Origin: Parcubacteria group bacterium
Lineage (GTDB): Bacteria; Patescibacteriota; Patescibacteriia; UBA9934; GWF2-40-263
NCBI GenBank assembly: GCA_013204395.1
Contig: JABMNZ010000003.1
Coordinates: forward strand, 13,570 to 77,569
Direction: 5' to 3'
Length of the DNA: 64,000 nt
Shown here: positions 28,201-37,928 of the stretch, one piece after another
Layout: each line of letters opens with the position of its first letter
Position numbering within the stretch: the first letter of the stretch is position 1
The notes under the pieces: generated by a model
Seen by the model: the letters and a program-made list of their open reading frames with translations, nothing else
Database searches by the model: none
What the model was told of the DNA's origin: nothing
Program-made: the position numbers and the translations under genes

Positions 28201-28246
28201 TTGCGTTCGGTTTTTGTTCGGTTCATAATACGAACATAAAGCGAAC
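28201..28246 (+). promoter_or_regulatory. lexA promoter with two direct-repeat LexA-type boxes
   Basis: TTGCGT-17-CATAAT overlapped by GTTC-N7-GTTC (28205-28219) and followed by GAAC-N7-GAAC (28232-28246). Confidence 0.75.
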
Positions 28247-28255
28247 AGGAAATTT

Positions 28256-28870
28256 ATGTCGAACATAACCAAAAAACAAGCAGAGGTGCTCGCGATCATC
28301 CGCACGCACCTTGAAGACGAGGGCTATGCCCCATCCTACCGAGAGATAGCAGACGCCCTAGGCCTCTCCTCCCCAGCCACTGTCCACGCGCATGTGCAAG
28401 CGCTGGCAGAAAAAGGTCTCATCGCCACCGGTGATGATGGGAGAGCGCGCTCAATCGAGCTAGTCGATGAAGAAGTTAAACAGCCATCAGTAATGCTACC
28501 CCTCATGGGTATCATCACAGCAGGAGAACCTATCGAGGCCGTGGAAGATAATGAAGCCATGGCTGTGCCTTCAGACTTTGTTCTAGACAGCGCCAACTCA
28601 TTTGTCCTTAGAGTAAAAGGACGCTCCATGATAGAAGATGGAATACTAGATGGCGACTACGTTGTCATCGAGAGAAATCCATCACCTCGTGACGGAGAGG
28701 TAGTGGTAGCCTTACTAGATAATGCCTTTGCCACGCTGAAACGATTTTACAGAGAACGCAATCGTATCAGACTTCAACCTGCAAACAGCTCCATGGAACC
28801 AATCTTCGTCCAAGACTGCATTATCCAAGGAGTTGTCCGAGCTGTCATAAGAAAATTTCAACCTGTGTAG
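28256..28870 (+). CDS. lexA: SOS repressor LexA
   Basis: GYAPSYREIA HTH, AG cleavage site (ITAGEP), GRSM (Ser) and TLKR (Lys). Confidence 0.96.
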   Translation: MSNITKKQAEVLAIIRTHLEDEGYAPSYREIADALGLSSPATVHAHVQALAEKGLIATGDDGRARSIELVDEEVKQPSVMLPLMGIITAGEPIEAVEDNEAMAVPSDFVLDSANSFVLRVKGRSMIEDGILDGDYVVIERNPSPRDGEVVVALLDNAFATLKRFYRERNRIRLQPANSSMEPIFVQDCIIQGVVRAVIRKFQPV

Positions 28871-29268
28871 ACCGATCAAGAAGTTGCGGAGGGATCACGT
28901 AACATCTCGATAAAAAAAGATACTGAGCGTCCGGCAAGACAATTCTCAGTATCTACTCAAGGCACTACCTTGTTACGCCGAGGACGAATCCTCATTCGTA
29001 TGGCAGCTTTTGTATTGTAATGAAGGTGGGCGTGGAGAGCAAACCCGTCGGAGCTTGCTCTCTACACCTCACCTCTTAAAAAAGACCTCTAGGCCAAGGG
29101 TTCCGCTGCAAGCACGGGGACAGGAAAGACCATGCTCTGCCTGGGTGCCAGAGCCGTCACATCCAAGATCCTTCTTGCGGCCGAACCCTTGATCTCGACC
29201 ATTATTCTTAACCCCAAGCATCTTCTTCACCCCTATCCCCCTCCACCACCAACATGGGTGTAACACCT

Positions 29269-29344
29269 CGACTCAGACATTGGGACAACTTTGAGTCGGC
29301 AATATGCGCCCGATCTCACAAGTTCGTACCAATGGCTGCAGTCG
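29269..29344 (+). repeat. Bulged-hairpin repeat family, copy 3
   Basis: CGACTCAGACATTGGGAC-AACTTTGAGTCGG-CAATATGCGC-CCGATCTCACAAGTT-CGTACCAATGGCTGCAGTCG. Confidence 0.92.
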
Positions 29345-29583
29345 CCGACTATCAACAAGCTCGCCCAACACTCAACTCACAAACCCACCCCCTTCACCTT
29401 TTACAAACCATAACCCCATTACCCCTATGTCATCCTCGACCCTACGTTACACAGCCATCACACTATCATTCCTCCCTTACAAGCGTGATCATCGTTTTAC
29501 AAAAAGTCTACGCTCACTTCGTCTACGCGCTTCCAGACGCCGCGCTAAACAAGCTCTGCGACAAATACTCTCTCACGTAACAA

Positions 29584-29841
29584 ATGATGGCTATGCACGA
29601 GCTTCTTAATGACCCTGTGGACGTGGAGGTATCGTTTTCAAATAACCGTGTCGTTCCGCGTTCCATCAGGTGGAACCAAAAAGATTACAAAATTGAAACA
29701 GTAAACCTAGTTCACACGGCACGAGAGGGACACAAAAAAATGTTCTACTTCTCAGTCTCAGACCTAAATAACTATTTCAAACTAAAACTAGATCCAGAAA
29801 ATTTAGATTGGCGCCTAGTCGAGCTTTATACAGATGGATAA
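29584..29841 (+). CDS. Small beta-rich PolY-associated protein (DUF6504/ImuB-C-like)
   Basis: VPRSIRWNQKDYKI...FYFSV...FKLKLD...WRL pattern; lies between lexA and PolY. Confidence 0.65.
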   Translation: MMAMHELLNDPVDVEVSFSNNRVVPRSIRWNQKDYKIETVNLVHTAREGHKKMFYFSVSDLNNYFKLKLDPENLDWRLVELYTDG

Positions 29842-29863
29842 AAGAAAAAGCACCTCATGGGTG

Positions 29864-30376
29864 CTAGTCGGCTTGTACCTTAAGTTCAAGGTACCTCACC
29901 AGGTCGAGTTCGTAGTGCCGATCAGATCCCTCAACGAGCTTGAAGCCGAGATTCTCGTACAGCGCGCGAGCTGCTTCGTGCCAGGGCTCAGAAACGAGCC
30001 GCACCACCTTGATGAGTGGGGACACTCCTACAGCCTGGTCGAGCAAATTCTCCATGAGTGCACGGCCAAGTCCTCGACCATCACCACGGAAGTCTTCGTC
30101 CACCAACACGTACTCAACATGACCAACACCCTTGCGCCAGTCGTAGGTGATGCAGAGCATGGCCACACCGACCACACGCCCTGTTTCCTGCTGACGGATC
30201 ACAGAGATGCGCGTGCGTGCGCGTTCCATAAGCCTACGCTGGTGCAAGACATCTTGGTACGGCAGAAGTCCTGATTGAAGTAGTTCATCGCCGCGCTCGT
30301 TTAGAAACGTAATGCAGTCACGGTAATCGTCCAGCCGAGCCAAATCGATCCTGAACAAGGTGCTGTTAAAGGGCAT
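29864..30376 (-). CDS. GNAT family acetyltransferase
   Basis: VEYVLVDEDFRG...GLGRALM, AARALYENLGF; AGGAGG SD. Confidence 0.85.
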   Translation of the reverse strand: MPFNSTLFRIDLARLDDYRDCITFLNERGDELLQSGLLPYQDVLHQRRLMERARTRISVIRQQETGRVVGVAMLCITYDWRKGVGHVEYVLVDEDFRGDGRGLGRALMENLLDQAVGVSPLIKVVRLVSEPWHEAARALYENLGFKLVEGSDRHYELDLVRYLELKVQAD

Positions 30377-30427
30377 GTGTGCCTCCTAGAAAAAGACTCT
30401 ACCATAGAATCTATCATCGTCAAACTT

Positions 30428-31777
30428 ATGGAGCGCATCATTCTCCACATTGATTTTAATTCCTACTTCGCCTCTGTTGAACAGCAGGCGAATCCCTTTT
30501 TACGTGGCAAACCCATCGGCATCACAGGAAAAAGCCAGGAGCGCTCTGTTGTCGCCACAGCCTCAATTGAAGCCAAAGCCCTTGGTGTTAAAACAGCCAT
30601 GAGTACATGGGAGGCAAAGAAGGTATGCCCAACAATCATCCTCTGGCCTGGTGATCCAGAAAAGTATTCAGACATCACATCTAGATTTAATCGAATCTTA
30701 AGTGAGTTCACACCAAACGTCTCTCAGTTCAGTGTGGACGAGAGTTTTTTAGATATTACAGACGAGGCTGAAGATTATTTCGGCGCAACCTGCCTTGCTC
30801 AAGCTTTGCGCGAGCGACTCAGAGAGGAGTTTGGAGATCACATCACCGCTTCCATAGGCATCGCCCCAAACAAGCTCATGGCCAAACTCGCCTGCGAGTC
30901 AGTCAAACCTAATGGACTAACGGTCGTTCGCAAAGACGACTTAATCGATTTCATCGACACGCGTGAACTTGATGACCTATGTGGAATCGGACATCGTATA
31001 AAGCATCGCCTGAATGCTCTTGGCGTTGAAACTTTTAAACAACTCCGTGAATTCCCCATCAACGATCTCGTCGATGAATTCAAATCTTACGGCACTTGGC
31101 TACATGCAGCAGCTCATGGACACGACTCATCCGCGGTCGTCTCATCCACGCAAAAAGGCATTCGCACCATGCACTCGACTGGCGTGAAGTCTTATGGACA
31201 CTCATACACCCTCCCTCAAAACACTCACGACCTCCTTGTCATAAAACGATACCTACTAGGCCTGGCAGACAAAGTTGCATGGCGCATGCGCCGCGATAAA
31301 ACCCTAGCCCGTCGCGTAAGCGTCTTTGTTCGTTTTGGCGACTTCACTGGACACGGCGAGCAACGCACATTCAACGAACCAACAGCCAACGGACTAAAAC
31401 TATTCCAAATAGCCTGGCGCATCCTCTCCCCCCATCTCTCCCCTCACTCTCACCCCCAACCCACAGGCCGAGCACGCGACACAGACATTGGTACAACTTT
31501 GAGTCGGCCTACCAGTGACCGATCTCAAAGTTCGTACCAAGGGCTGGGGTCGCCCCCCAATGACCTAGTCCGCCTAGTAGGCCTATCTACATCCCTATTA
31601 TCCTCAGGTCCTGAACAACCACCTCTATTTAAAAAAGACCGAAAGATGATTTCCGTCTTCTCTTCACTCGACAAGCTTCAACATCGATATGGTCCCGGTG
31701 TCTGGCAACGCGCTTCAACCATGCCAATCGAATTCAAATCCCGATCTAGTGGATTCAATTATGACCACGAGGTTTAA
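30428..31777 (+). CDS. dinB: Y-family DNA polymerase (DinB/YqjW-like) with a clamp motif and RecA-NT-like tail; carries an in-frame hairpin insertion
   Basis: ILHIDFNSYFASVE, SVDESFLD, SIGIAPNKLMAKLA, QPPLF, LDKLQHRYG; start trimmed to ATG 30428. Confidence 0.92.
   Translation: MERIILHIDFNSYFASVEQQANPFLRGKPIGITGKSQERSVVATASIEAKALGVKTAMSTWEAKKVCPTIILWPGDPEKYSDITSRFNRILSEFTPNVSQFSVDESFLDITDEAEDYFGATCLAQALRERLREEFGDHITASIGIAPNKLMAKLACESVKPNGLTVVRKDDLIDFIDTRELDDLCGIGHRIKHRLNALGVETFKQLREFPINDLVDEFKSYGTWLHAAAHGHDSSAVVSSTQKGIRTMHSTGVKSYGHSYTLPQNTHDLLVIKRYLLGLADKVAWRMRRDKTLARRVSVFVRFGDFTGHGEQRTFNEPTANGLKLFQIAWRILSPHLSPHSHPQPTGRARDTDIGTTLSRPTSDRSQSSYQGLGSPPNDLVRLVGLSTSLLSSGPEQPPLFKKDRKMISVFSSLDKLQHRYGPGVWQRASTMPIEFKSRSSGFNYDHEV
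31476..31553 (+). repeat. Bulged-hairpin repeat family, copy 4 (inside the PolY CDS)
   Basis: GCGACACAGACATTGGTAC-AACTTTGAGTCGG-CCTACCAGTGA-CCGATCTCAAAGTT-CGTACCAAGGGCTGGGGTCGC. Confidence 0.9.
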
Positions 31778-32490
31778 AGCTTCTTAAAGATCAGCATCTG
31801 AGAAATAGATTGGTCTTTGAATTCTCTAAACCTTGGATACCCATTCATAAGACCTTCAGTGGGTACCATGGGTGTCTGTTCTACAAGTTCAAAGCCAGCT
31901 TGTTCAGCAGCTTTAATATATGTCTCAGTCGTTCTGTAGATATCATATGAAGTTCCAAACTCACGAGGTATGGCTGCCACAAACATATCATCGCCCATAC
32001 TCTCGACTTTTGCCTCACCAAGACGATTCTTCTTAACGTACTCAAAATCAGGAACAGTTATCACAAAGATTCCACCTTGCTTAATTACCCCAGCCAAACT
32101 TTCAAATGATTTTGTCAGGTCTTCGAGATGGTTAGCAACATAAAGCATAAAACCAATATCAAAGAACCCCTCATGCTCCATAGTGTCGACCGTTGCACAC
32201 TGAACAATCACGGATGGATGCTGCTCTCGCATAAACTTCGCACCCTTCTCAGATGGTTCAACTGCTGTAATCGATCCCGCTTCCAGCTCGACCAAGACTT
32301 TCACAAGCCACCCAGTACCAGCCCCAATGTCGATCACCCTCTTGCCTGTCACTTCTGAAAGGATGTCACGAATATACTCAAGAACAAACTTTCTAAACGG
32401 AGAATCAACAGTCGCCTCTGAAGTCCAATCAATACGATCATCATCGTACTGCTTTGGATCAATAGCCTTTTGAAAAAAATCAGATGTCAT
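31774..32490 (-). CDS. Class I SAM-dependent methyltransferase
   Basis: VIDIGAGTG, AVEPS, IKQGGIF. Confidence 0.85.
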   Translation of the reverse strand: MTSDFFQKAIDPKQYDDDRIDWTSEATVDSPFRKFVLEYIRDILSEVTGKRVIDIGAGTGWLVKVLVELEAGSITAVEPSEKGAKFMREQHPSVIVQCATVDTMEHEGFFDIGFMLYVANHLEDLTKSFESLAGVIKQGGIFVITVPDFEYVKKNRLGEAKVESMGDDMFVAAIPREFGTSYDIYRTTETYIKAAEQAGFELVEQTPMVPTEGLMNGYPRFREFKDQSISQMLIFKKL

Positions 32491-32492
32491 AC

Positions 32493-33047
32493 CTATTCCC
32501 CAAACACACCTTCAACCAAGTGAGCTCCGGGGTCTGGGCTGCCATCAAACAAATTTACTGTGATCACTATATCTGTGTACGCAGAGTAGTCCTCTTTATC
32601 AGGAGCCACCCAGTCAATAACAAACTCACCGTCGTCATTTGTAATCATTGGTCCAAGAGAGAAAAAGTCGTATGGAATCTTCCTAATAATCCACGCCTGG
32701 TAGTAATGAATCTCTCGATCTATCTCTGGAAGCAACGTCTTTATTTCTATGTAGTACTCATCATCCTTCTGTCCTCGGCGTGCCTCACCAAGCTCTTCTC
32801 CTGTAGCCACCCATCGCAAGTTAGCCTCCTTTGCCTCGGTGTCCATGGCTCCGTTTATGATTGCCTGTGATATTGGGTCCGGTGTAAGCACGTTCACAAT
32901 AGAACCCACCTCAGACTCCTCAACCACAGGTTCAGCGCGGAACCACTTAACAGCAAAAACAAAAAGTAGAAACAGCGCAACTACAATCAGGCCACTGCCT
33001 ATCGTTGACCTCCAACGAATTCCTTTATTTTTTAGACCGTATTTCAT
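32493..33047 (-). CDS. Membrane-anchored hypothetical protein (RskA C-terminal-like)
   Basis: N-terminal TM; YYQAWI...SLG...IVIT...P.HLVEG pattern. Confidence 0.55.
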   Translation of the reverse strand: MKYGLKNKGIRWRSTIGSGLIVVALFLLFVFAVKWFRAEPVVEESEVGSIVNVLTPDPISQAIINGAMDTEAKEANLRWVATGEELGEARRGQKDDEYYIEIKTLLPEIDREIHYYQAWIIRKIPYDFFSLGPMITNDDGEFVIDWVAPDKEDYSAYTDIVITVNLFDGSPDPGAHLVEGVFGE

Positions 33048-34192
33048 ACGACAGCGGCTCGCTTTACAGCTTCAGCCACCACATCGGCCACACCAGGATC
33101 AAAGGGAGATGGAAGGATTTTGTGTGACGTTGGCTCTGGCACCATTTTAGACAATGCTGTTGCTGCGGCTACCAACATAGCTGGTGTGATTGTTTTTATA
33201 CGTGCTTCTAAGACTCCTTTAAAAATTCCAGGAAAAGCCAAAACATTATTTACTTGGTTAGGAAAATCAGATCTCCCGGTTGCAATAACGGCCACACCAG
33301 CTTTGTGTGCAACCTCAGGCATGATCTCAGGCACTGGATTTGCTAGAGCAAAAATAATCGGCTGTGCTGCCATGGACCGCGCCATCTCTTCGTCGACAAG
33401 CCCCGGCTGGCTGACACCAATAAAGACATCAGCACCATTAAGGGCCTGCGCCAATGTGCCTGTACGCCCATCGGGATTAATTTGCGCCGCCAACTCATCC
33501 TTATAAGGATTCATTCCATCGCGCCCAAGCGCAATCATTCCGCGAGAATCAATCATGTCCATATGTTTGAGTCCTGCATGAAAGAGAAGGTCAGCAACCC
33601 CCATCCCCCCGGAACCTGCACCGCATACAACCACCTTCACTTCGTCTATCTTTTTCCCAACAACCTTCAAAGCATTAATCAGTCCAGCCAAGACGACCAC
33701 AGCTGTTCCATGTTGATCGTCATGCATCACAGGAATATCCAACTCCTCGATAAGCCTGCGTTCTATCTCAAAACAACGTGGCGCTGATATGTCTTCCAAA
33801 TTGATTCCTCCAAACCCAGGGGCAATCCACTTCACCGCCTGAACAATCTCGTCTACATCTTGTGTATCTAAACAAATTGGATACGCGTCAATGTTGGCAA
33901 AGTGCTTAAACAAAATCGCCTTACCTTCCATGACCGGCAAACCAGCCTCTGGTCCAATGTTTCCCAAACCAAGCACAGCCGATCCATCTGTTATTACCGC
34001 CACTGAACGTCCTTTAATGGTCAGATCCCACGCTCGAGATTTATCTGCAGCAATAACTCGACACGGTTCAGCCACACCAGGAGTATAAGCAATGGAAAGA
34101 TCATCCGTGGTCTCCATTGGAAACGTAGACTGGATCTCCAACTTCCCCTGCTTTTTCTTATGAAGTTCCAGTGACTCTTTAGAATAGTTCAT
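33044..34192 (-). CDS. NAD(P)-dependent malic enzyme
   Basis: AYTPGVAE, VMEGKAILFK, INLEDI, HDDQHGTA, TGRSDFPNQVNN. Confidence 0.95.
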   Translation of the reverse strand: MNYSKESLELHKKKQGKLEIQSTFPMETTDDLSIAYTPGVAEPCRVIAADKSRAWDLTIKGRSVAVITDGSAVLGLGNIGPEAGLPVMEGKAILFKHFANIDAYPICLDTQDVDEIVQAVKWIAPGFGGINLEDISAPRCFEIERRLIEELDIPVMHDDQHGTAVVVLAGLINALKVVGKKIDEVKVVVCGAGSGGMGVADLLFHAGLKHMDMIDSRGMIALGRDGMNPYKDELAAQINPDGRTGTLAQALNGADVFIGVSQPGLVDEEMARSMAAQPIIFALANPVPEIMPEVAHKAGVAVIATGRSDFPNQVNNVLAFPGIFKGVLEARIKTITPAMLVAAATALSKMVPEPTSHKILPSPFDPGVADVVAEAVKRAAVV

Positions 34193-34209
34193 AAACGTTC
34201 GATTACCTT

Positions 34210-36300
34210 CTATAAATCATCAACATTTCTTAAAAAACTCATTGAACTCACATCCTTCTCTTCTCGCTCTCCAATGTCATTAAGCACGATAGTCGGACCC
34301 TCATCACCATCATTCCAGCGCGATCTGCTTGGCGCGGTGTATGCAGCCTTGAGTCTAACTTGTTCGAATAAATCATCTGGGAGCTCCTGCAAGAACTGTG
34401 ATGGCTGTCCTATCATGAGCGTATCATAGCCAGAAGTGATCGGGTATGTGTAAAAAAGTTGCTTGCGCGCACGTGTCGTTGCCACGTAAAACAATCGTCT
34501 CTCTTCCTCAAGACCACCTTTTTCTTCAAGCGCCCGACCAATGGGAAACTTTCCATCAATCAAATGCATCACAAACACAGCATCCCATTCAAGTCCCTTT
34601 GCTTGATGAATGGTAGACAGAACGATCTTCTCAGCATCATCATGCCCGCCTTGTTCCCTCACCGCCCCGTAGTCTGCACTGAGCGACACCTCATCAAGAA
34701 AAGTGGTCAGACTCTTATATCCCTCTGCAAATAATGCAAATTGTTCTAGATCGTCCAAACGATCCATAAAGTCCGGGTACTCAGCTTCGACATAATCTCG
34801 ATAGTCCCCACCGATTACAGCCCTAATCAAATCAGAGGGCATCTCTTCGGCGGCTAGCTTTGTAAGCGTTCTGAGCAAGGTGGCCCATCCAGCTTGTGCG
34901 CGCTTACCAAACTTCATTTCTACCTTGAGAATCTCCTCTAGGGATTCAACTCCCTTTATCAATGAAATAATTTTTTGTGCCGTCACCAATCCAACCCCAC
35001 TGAGAAGACCCAGAACTCTCATCCAAGCCACTTCATCTTTTGGATTCTGCTTGATTCGCAGATGCGTCACAATATCCTTCACGTGTGCTCTTTCAAAAAA
35101 CTTAAGCCCTCCACGATACTCGTAAGGGATATCTCGCTTCATGAGTTCAAACTCAAGTGTCTGTGAGTGATAAGCCGCACGAAACAAAACGGCAATTTCA
35201 CTGAGAGGAATACCCTCATCGCGTAGCACCAAAATTCGTTGGGCAATATATTGTGCTTCTTGGTTACTATTGGATGCTGGCACTAAATTAGGACGTTCCA
35301 ATCCGTCTCGTACGGTAGTGAGTTCTTTTTTAAACTGCTCTCTGTTTTTTATAATCGACTCGTTAGCCACAGCCAAAATCTCAGGTGACGATCGGTAGTT
35401 GATTGTGAGTCTAAACGTTTTTGTTTCGTTGTACGTCTGAGGAAACCCAAGAATATTCTTGATCTCAGCGGCGCGGAATGAATAAATGGATTGCGCGTCA
35501 TCCCCAACCACTAAAATATTTCCGTGCTCAGCTGCAAGCTGCCTAACAATCTCCGCCTGCACAACATTTGTATCCTGATACTCATCAACCAGAATATACT
35601 CAAACTGATGAGCGAGCTGCTGTCGAATATTCTCACGCGTATACAAAAGTTCTCGAAGTTTCAAAAGCAGGTCATCAAAGTCCATGGCGTCTGCCTCCCG
35701 CTTACGTATGTGATATAGCTCAGCTATTCTCTCGATGATCGGAATGATTTCCTTAAAGTTTGAATAACGGCCCTCGATCACTTCCCTCAGGGTGCCGCCA
35801 GAGTTCATGGAGTAACTAATCATCCCGTGCAACTTGGCAGGCGATGGAAAACGTCGCTCGGAAGTATCGACGTTCAATACTTTGATACAAACCTTTATGA
35901 GCGACTTGGCATCCTCTTGATCCAAAATCGTAAAACTTGATGTGTACCCAAGCTCACGCGCGTACTTTCGCAGGAGTCGGTTAGCTATGGAGTGAAACGT
36001 TCCACCCCAGAGACCAACTGGGTACCTCCCCAAAAGCCCTTCAACGCGTGACAACATCTCTTTGGCCGCCTTGTTCGTGAACGTCACGAGCAGAATATTG
36101 TCCGCACTGACCCCTCGTTCTAATAAATAGGCCACGCGGTACGTAATGGTCCTGGTTTTACCCGACCCAGCCCCTGCCAAAACAAGAGCGGGTCCATCTC
36201 CGTTAAGAACCACTTCCAGCTGCTGTGGATTCAATTCCTTTTTAAAATCAATCGTTGACTGCGATAGATCAAAATCATCTTGTAATACAAATTCCTTCAT
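34210..36300 (-). CDS. UvrD/PcrA family ATP-dependent DNA helicase
   Basis: AGAGSGKT, TFTNKAA, DEYQD, VGDDAQSIYSFR, TIHQAKGLE, EERRLFYVA. Confidence 0.95.
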   Translation of the reverse strand: MKEFVLQDDFDLSQSTIDFKKELNPQQLEVVLNGDGPALVLAGAGSGKTRTITYRVAYLLERGVSADNILLVTFTNKAAKEMLSRVEGLLGRYPVGLWGGTFHSIANRLLRKYARELGYTSSFTILDQEDAKSLIKVCIKVLNVDTSERRFPSPAKLHGMISYSMNSGGTLREVIEGRYSNFKEIIPIIERIAELYHIRKREADAMDFDDLLLKLRELLYTRENIRQQLAHQFEYILVDEYQDTNVVQAEIVRQLAAEHGNILVVGDDAQSIYSFRAAEIKNILGFPQTYNETKTFRLTINYRSSPEILAVANESIIKNREQFKKELTTVRDGLERPNLVPASNSNQEAQYIAQRILVLRDEGIPLSEIAVLFRAAYHSQTLEFELMKRDIPYEYRGGLKFFERAHVKDIVTHLRIKQNPKDEVAWMRVLGLLSGVGLVTAQKIISLIKGVESLEEILKVEMKFGKRAQAGWATLLRTLTKLAAEEMPSDLIRAVIGGDYRDYVEAEYPDFMDRLDDLEQFALFAEGYKSLTTFLDEVSLSADYGAVREQGGHDDAEKIVLSTIHQAKGLEWDAVFVMHLIDGKFPIGRALEEKGGLEEERRLFYVATTRARKQLFYTYPITSGYDTLMIGQPSQFLQELPDDLFEQVRLKAAYTAPSRSRWNDGDEGPTIVLNDIGEREEKDVSSMSFLRNVDDL

Positions 36301-36374
36301 AACGGCCCCATTCTATCATAAAAAAAGACCCCTGACCCTCGACGTTATCGAGTTGGTCAAGGGGTCAAAGGGGG

Positions 36375-37760
36375 CTACAGAGGAGCACAAGCCTTGCGCA
36401 ACTCTGCGTCCACACTCTTGAGATCGGGCCCACCGTCTGTGAGCTGGCGCATGAGGTGAACGTTTGCCAGGTGTACGTGCGGGAACACACTGGCACGAAC
36501 CTGGCGACTGAACCCGTAGTCTAGCAACTGGCCCGTCATCGGATCTGGACGAGTAAGTCGTCGGTGTATGGACTTGAGCTCGTCGTCCCAAGCTCTACAG
36601 CAAGAGTCTGAGACGGTTTGGCTTCGGTCCATGAGAATCGCCGTCTGCAACAAGAGCTCCTCAAGCTGCCAGTGGAGTTCCCGAAGCTTCATGCTGTGAT
36701 AGACACGAATGAGCACGTCCCGCGCGCGCAACATCACGGCAGCGGCGGCATCAGGAATTTCGCTTCGTGCCACTTTGGCAGCCTCAGCCATGATGGCGGC
36801 AACCTCACGAAGGTCACGCACGGTGTGCTTGATGGAACGATCAAACGGCTTGGTGACGACGGCTTCGAGCTTTGTCGCCACCGCTCCCAGACGTCCCGCT
36901 TCCTTGATGACCGTCCCGGTAGAACGTTCTTCAGAGGAACCTGCTCGCCTTGCATCAAACGGCAGAAGTCGATCGTCACCAAACAGTTTCCTGGACTGCA
37001 GGCGATGCAACTGGGAGTCAGCGATCTGGCGACACATCAACCGATGACGATCGATGTAGACCTCCAGGACCGCCTCACGAAAACTCATTCTTCGTGAAAT
37101 GCCGCGCACCCCCTGAATCCGCTTGGCGAGCTGAGTTTGCCCCGCGAAGATGATCAGTGGGATACGACCAGGATTGAACCTCCCGATCGAGTCTTTCAGC
37201 TCTCCGGCCTGAAGCACGCGGCGCAGAGCCTCTACCTTACGTTCGTCAATGACACGACCATGCCTGTCCAGCAGAGCGGCCGCAACCAGGACGTACTCCT
37301 GTTTTTCACCCTCACCAACCAGGTGAAGGGTCCATGATGTCTTGACCATCCAGTTGAAGGTGTCGTCCCAGGTACGAAGATCGGGAATCTCGATGCTCTT
37401 GCCGCGCACCTCAGCGTGGGCCATCCCTCGTCGAGCCGTGTAGACGGTCTTGTACGAGATGAAACACTGTTGCCCATATTCCAGAGGATCCTCGCCATTG
37501 AGGCGCTCTGAGACACTCAGGTTTCTGGACAAGATACGACCTGGGGCAAGCTCCGGAACATCCGCAAGAACGTCGGTGCCGCGAGCCGGTACCATGTAAA
37601 GACAGTGTGGAACCAGCTCAATGAGAGCAAAGTTCAAGACATTGAGGGGAGACTGTTTGCCCTCACCCTTTCTCCTAGTACGCAGAAGCCTGAAGTCACG
37701 AGTAATGACAACGGGCTCCATCGGATCCGGCATTTCAAACCGGCCTGTGGAATGAGCCAC
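36375..37760 (-). CDS. Orphan Arg-rich hypothetical protein
   Basis: 461-aa GC-richer ORF; AGGAGG SD before GTG; promoter TTGACA-17-TATCTT (37837-37809); terminator-like hairpin at about 36320-36367. Confidence 0.75.
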   Translation of the reverse strand: MAHSTGRFEMPDPMEPVVITRDFRLLRTRRKGEGKQSPLNVLNFALIELVPHCLYMVPARGTDVLADVPELAPGRILSRNLSVSERLNGEDPLEYGQQCFISYKTVYTARRGMAHAEVRGKSIEIPDLRTWDDTFNWMVKTSWTLHLVGEGEKQEYVLVAAALLDRHGRVIDERKVEALRRVLQAGELKDSIGRFNPGRIPLIIFAGQTQLAKRIQGVRGISRRMSFREAVLEVYIDRHRLMCRQIADSQLHRLQSRKLFGDDRLLPFDARRAGSSEERSTGTVIKEAGRLGAVATKLEAVVTKPFDRSIKHTVRDLREVAAIMAEAAKVARSEIPDAAAAVMLRARDVLIRVYHSMKLRELHWQLEELLLQTAILMDRSQTVSDSCCRAWDDELKSIHRRLTRPDPMTGQLLDYGFSRQVRASVFPHVHLANVHLMRQLTDGGPDLKSVDAELRKACAPL

Positions 37761-37928
37761 GATTCAGACCTCCTTTTCCAGTGCTTTTTCTCAATGAATC
37801 AGCCCTGCAAGATAATCAAATCCAACCACCTTGTCAACACTAATTTCCCCAAAAACAAAACAAAGGTCTCGACGACCTTTGTTTTGTTAACCCCCCCTCT
37901 CCACACCACCAGTCGTGGGTAAACCACC

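Noticed and set aside
29427-29609. Arg-rich 60-aa ORF upstream of the PolY accessory gene
   Set aside because: Lies in G-poor low-complexity sequence, overlaps the next gene and has no recognisable motif; cannot be supported without homologues
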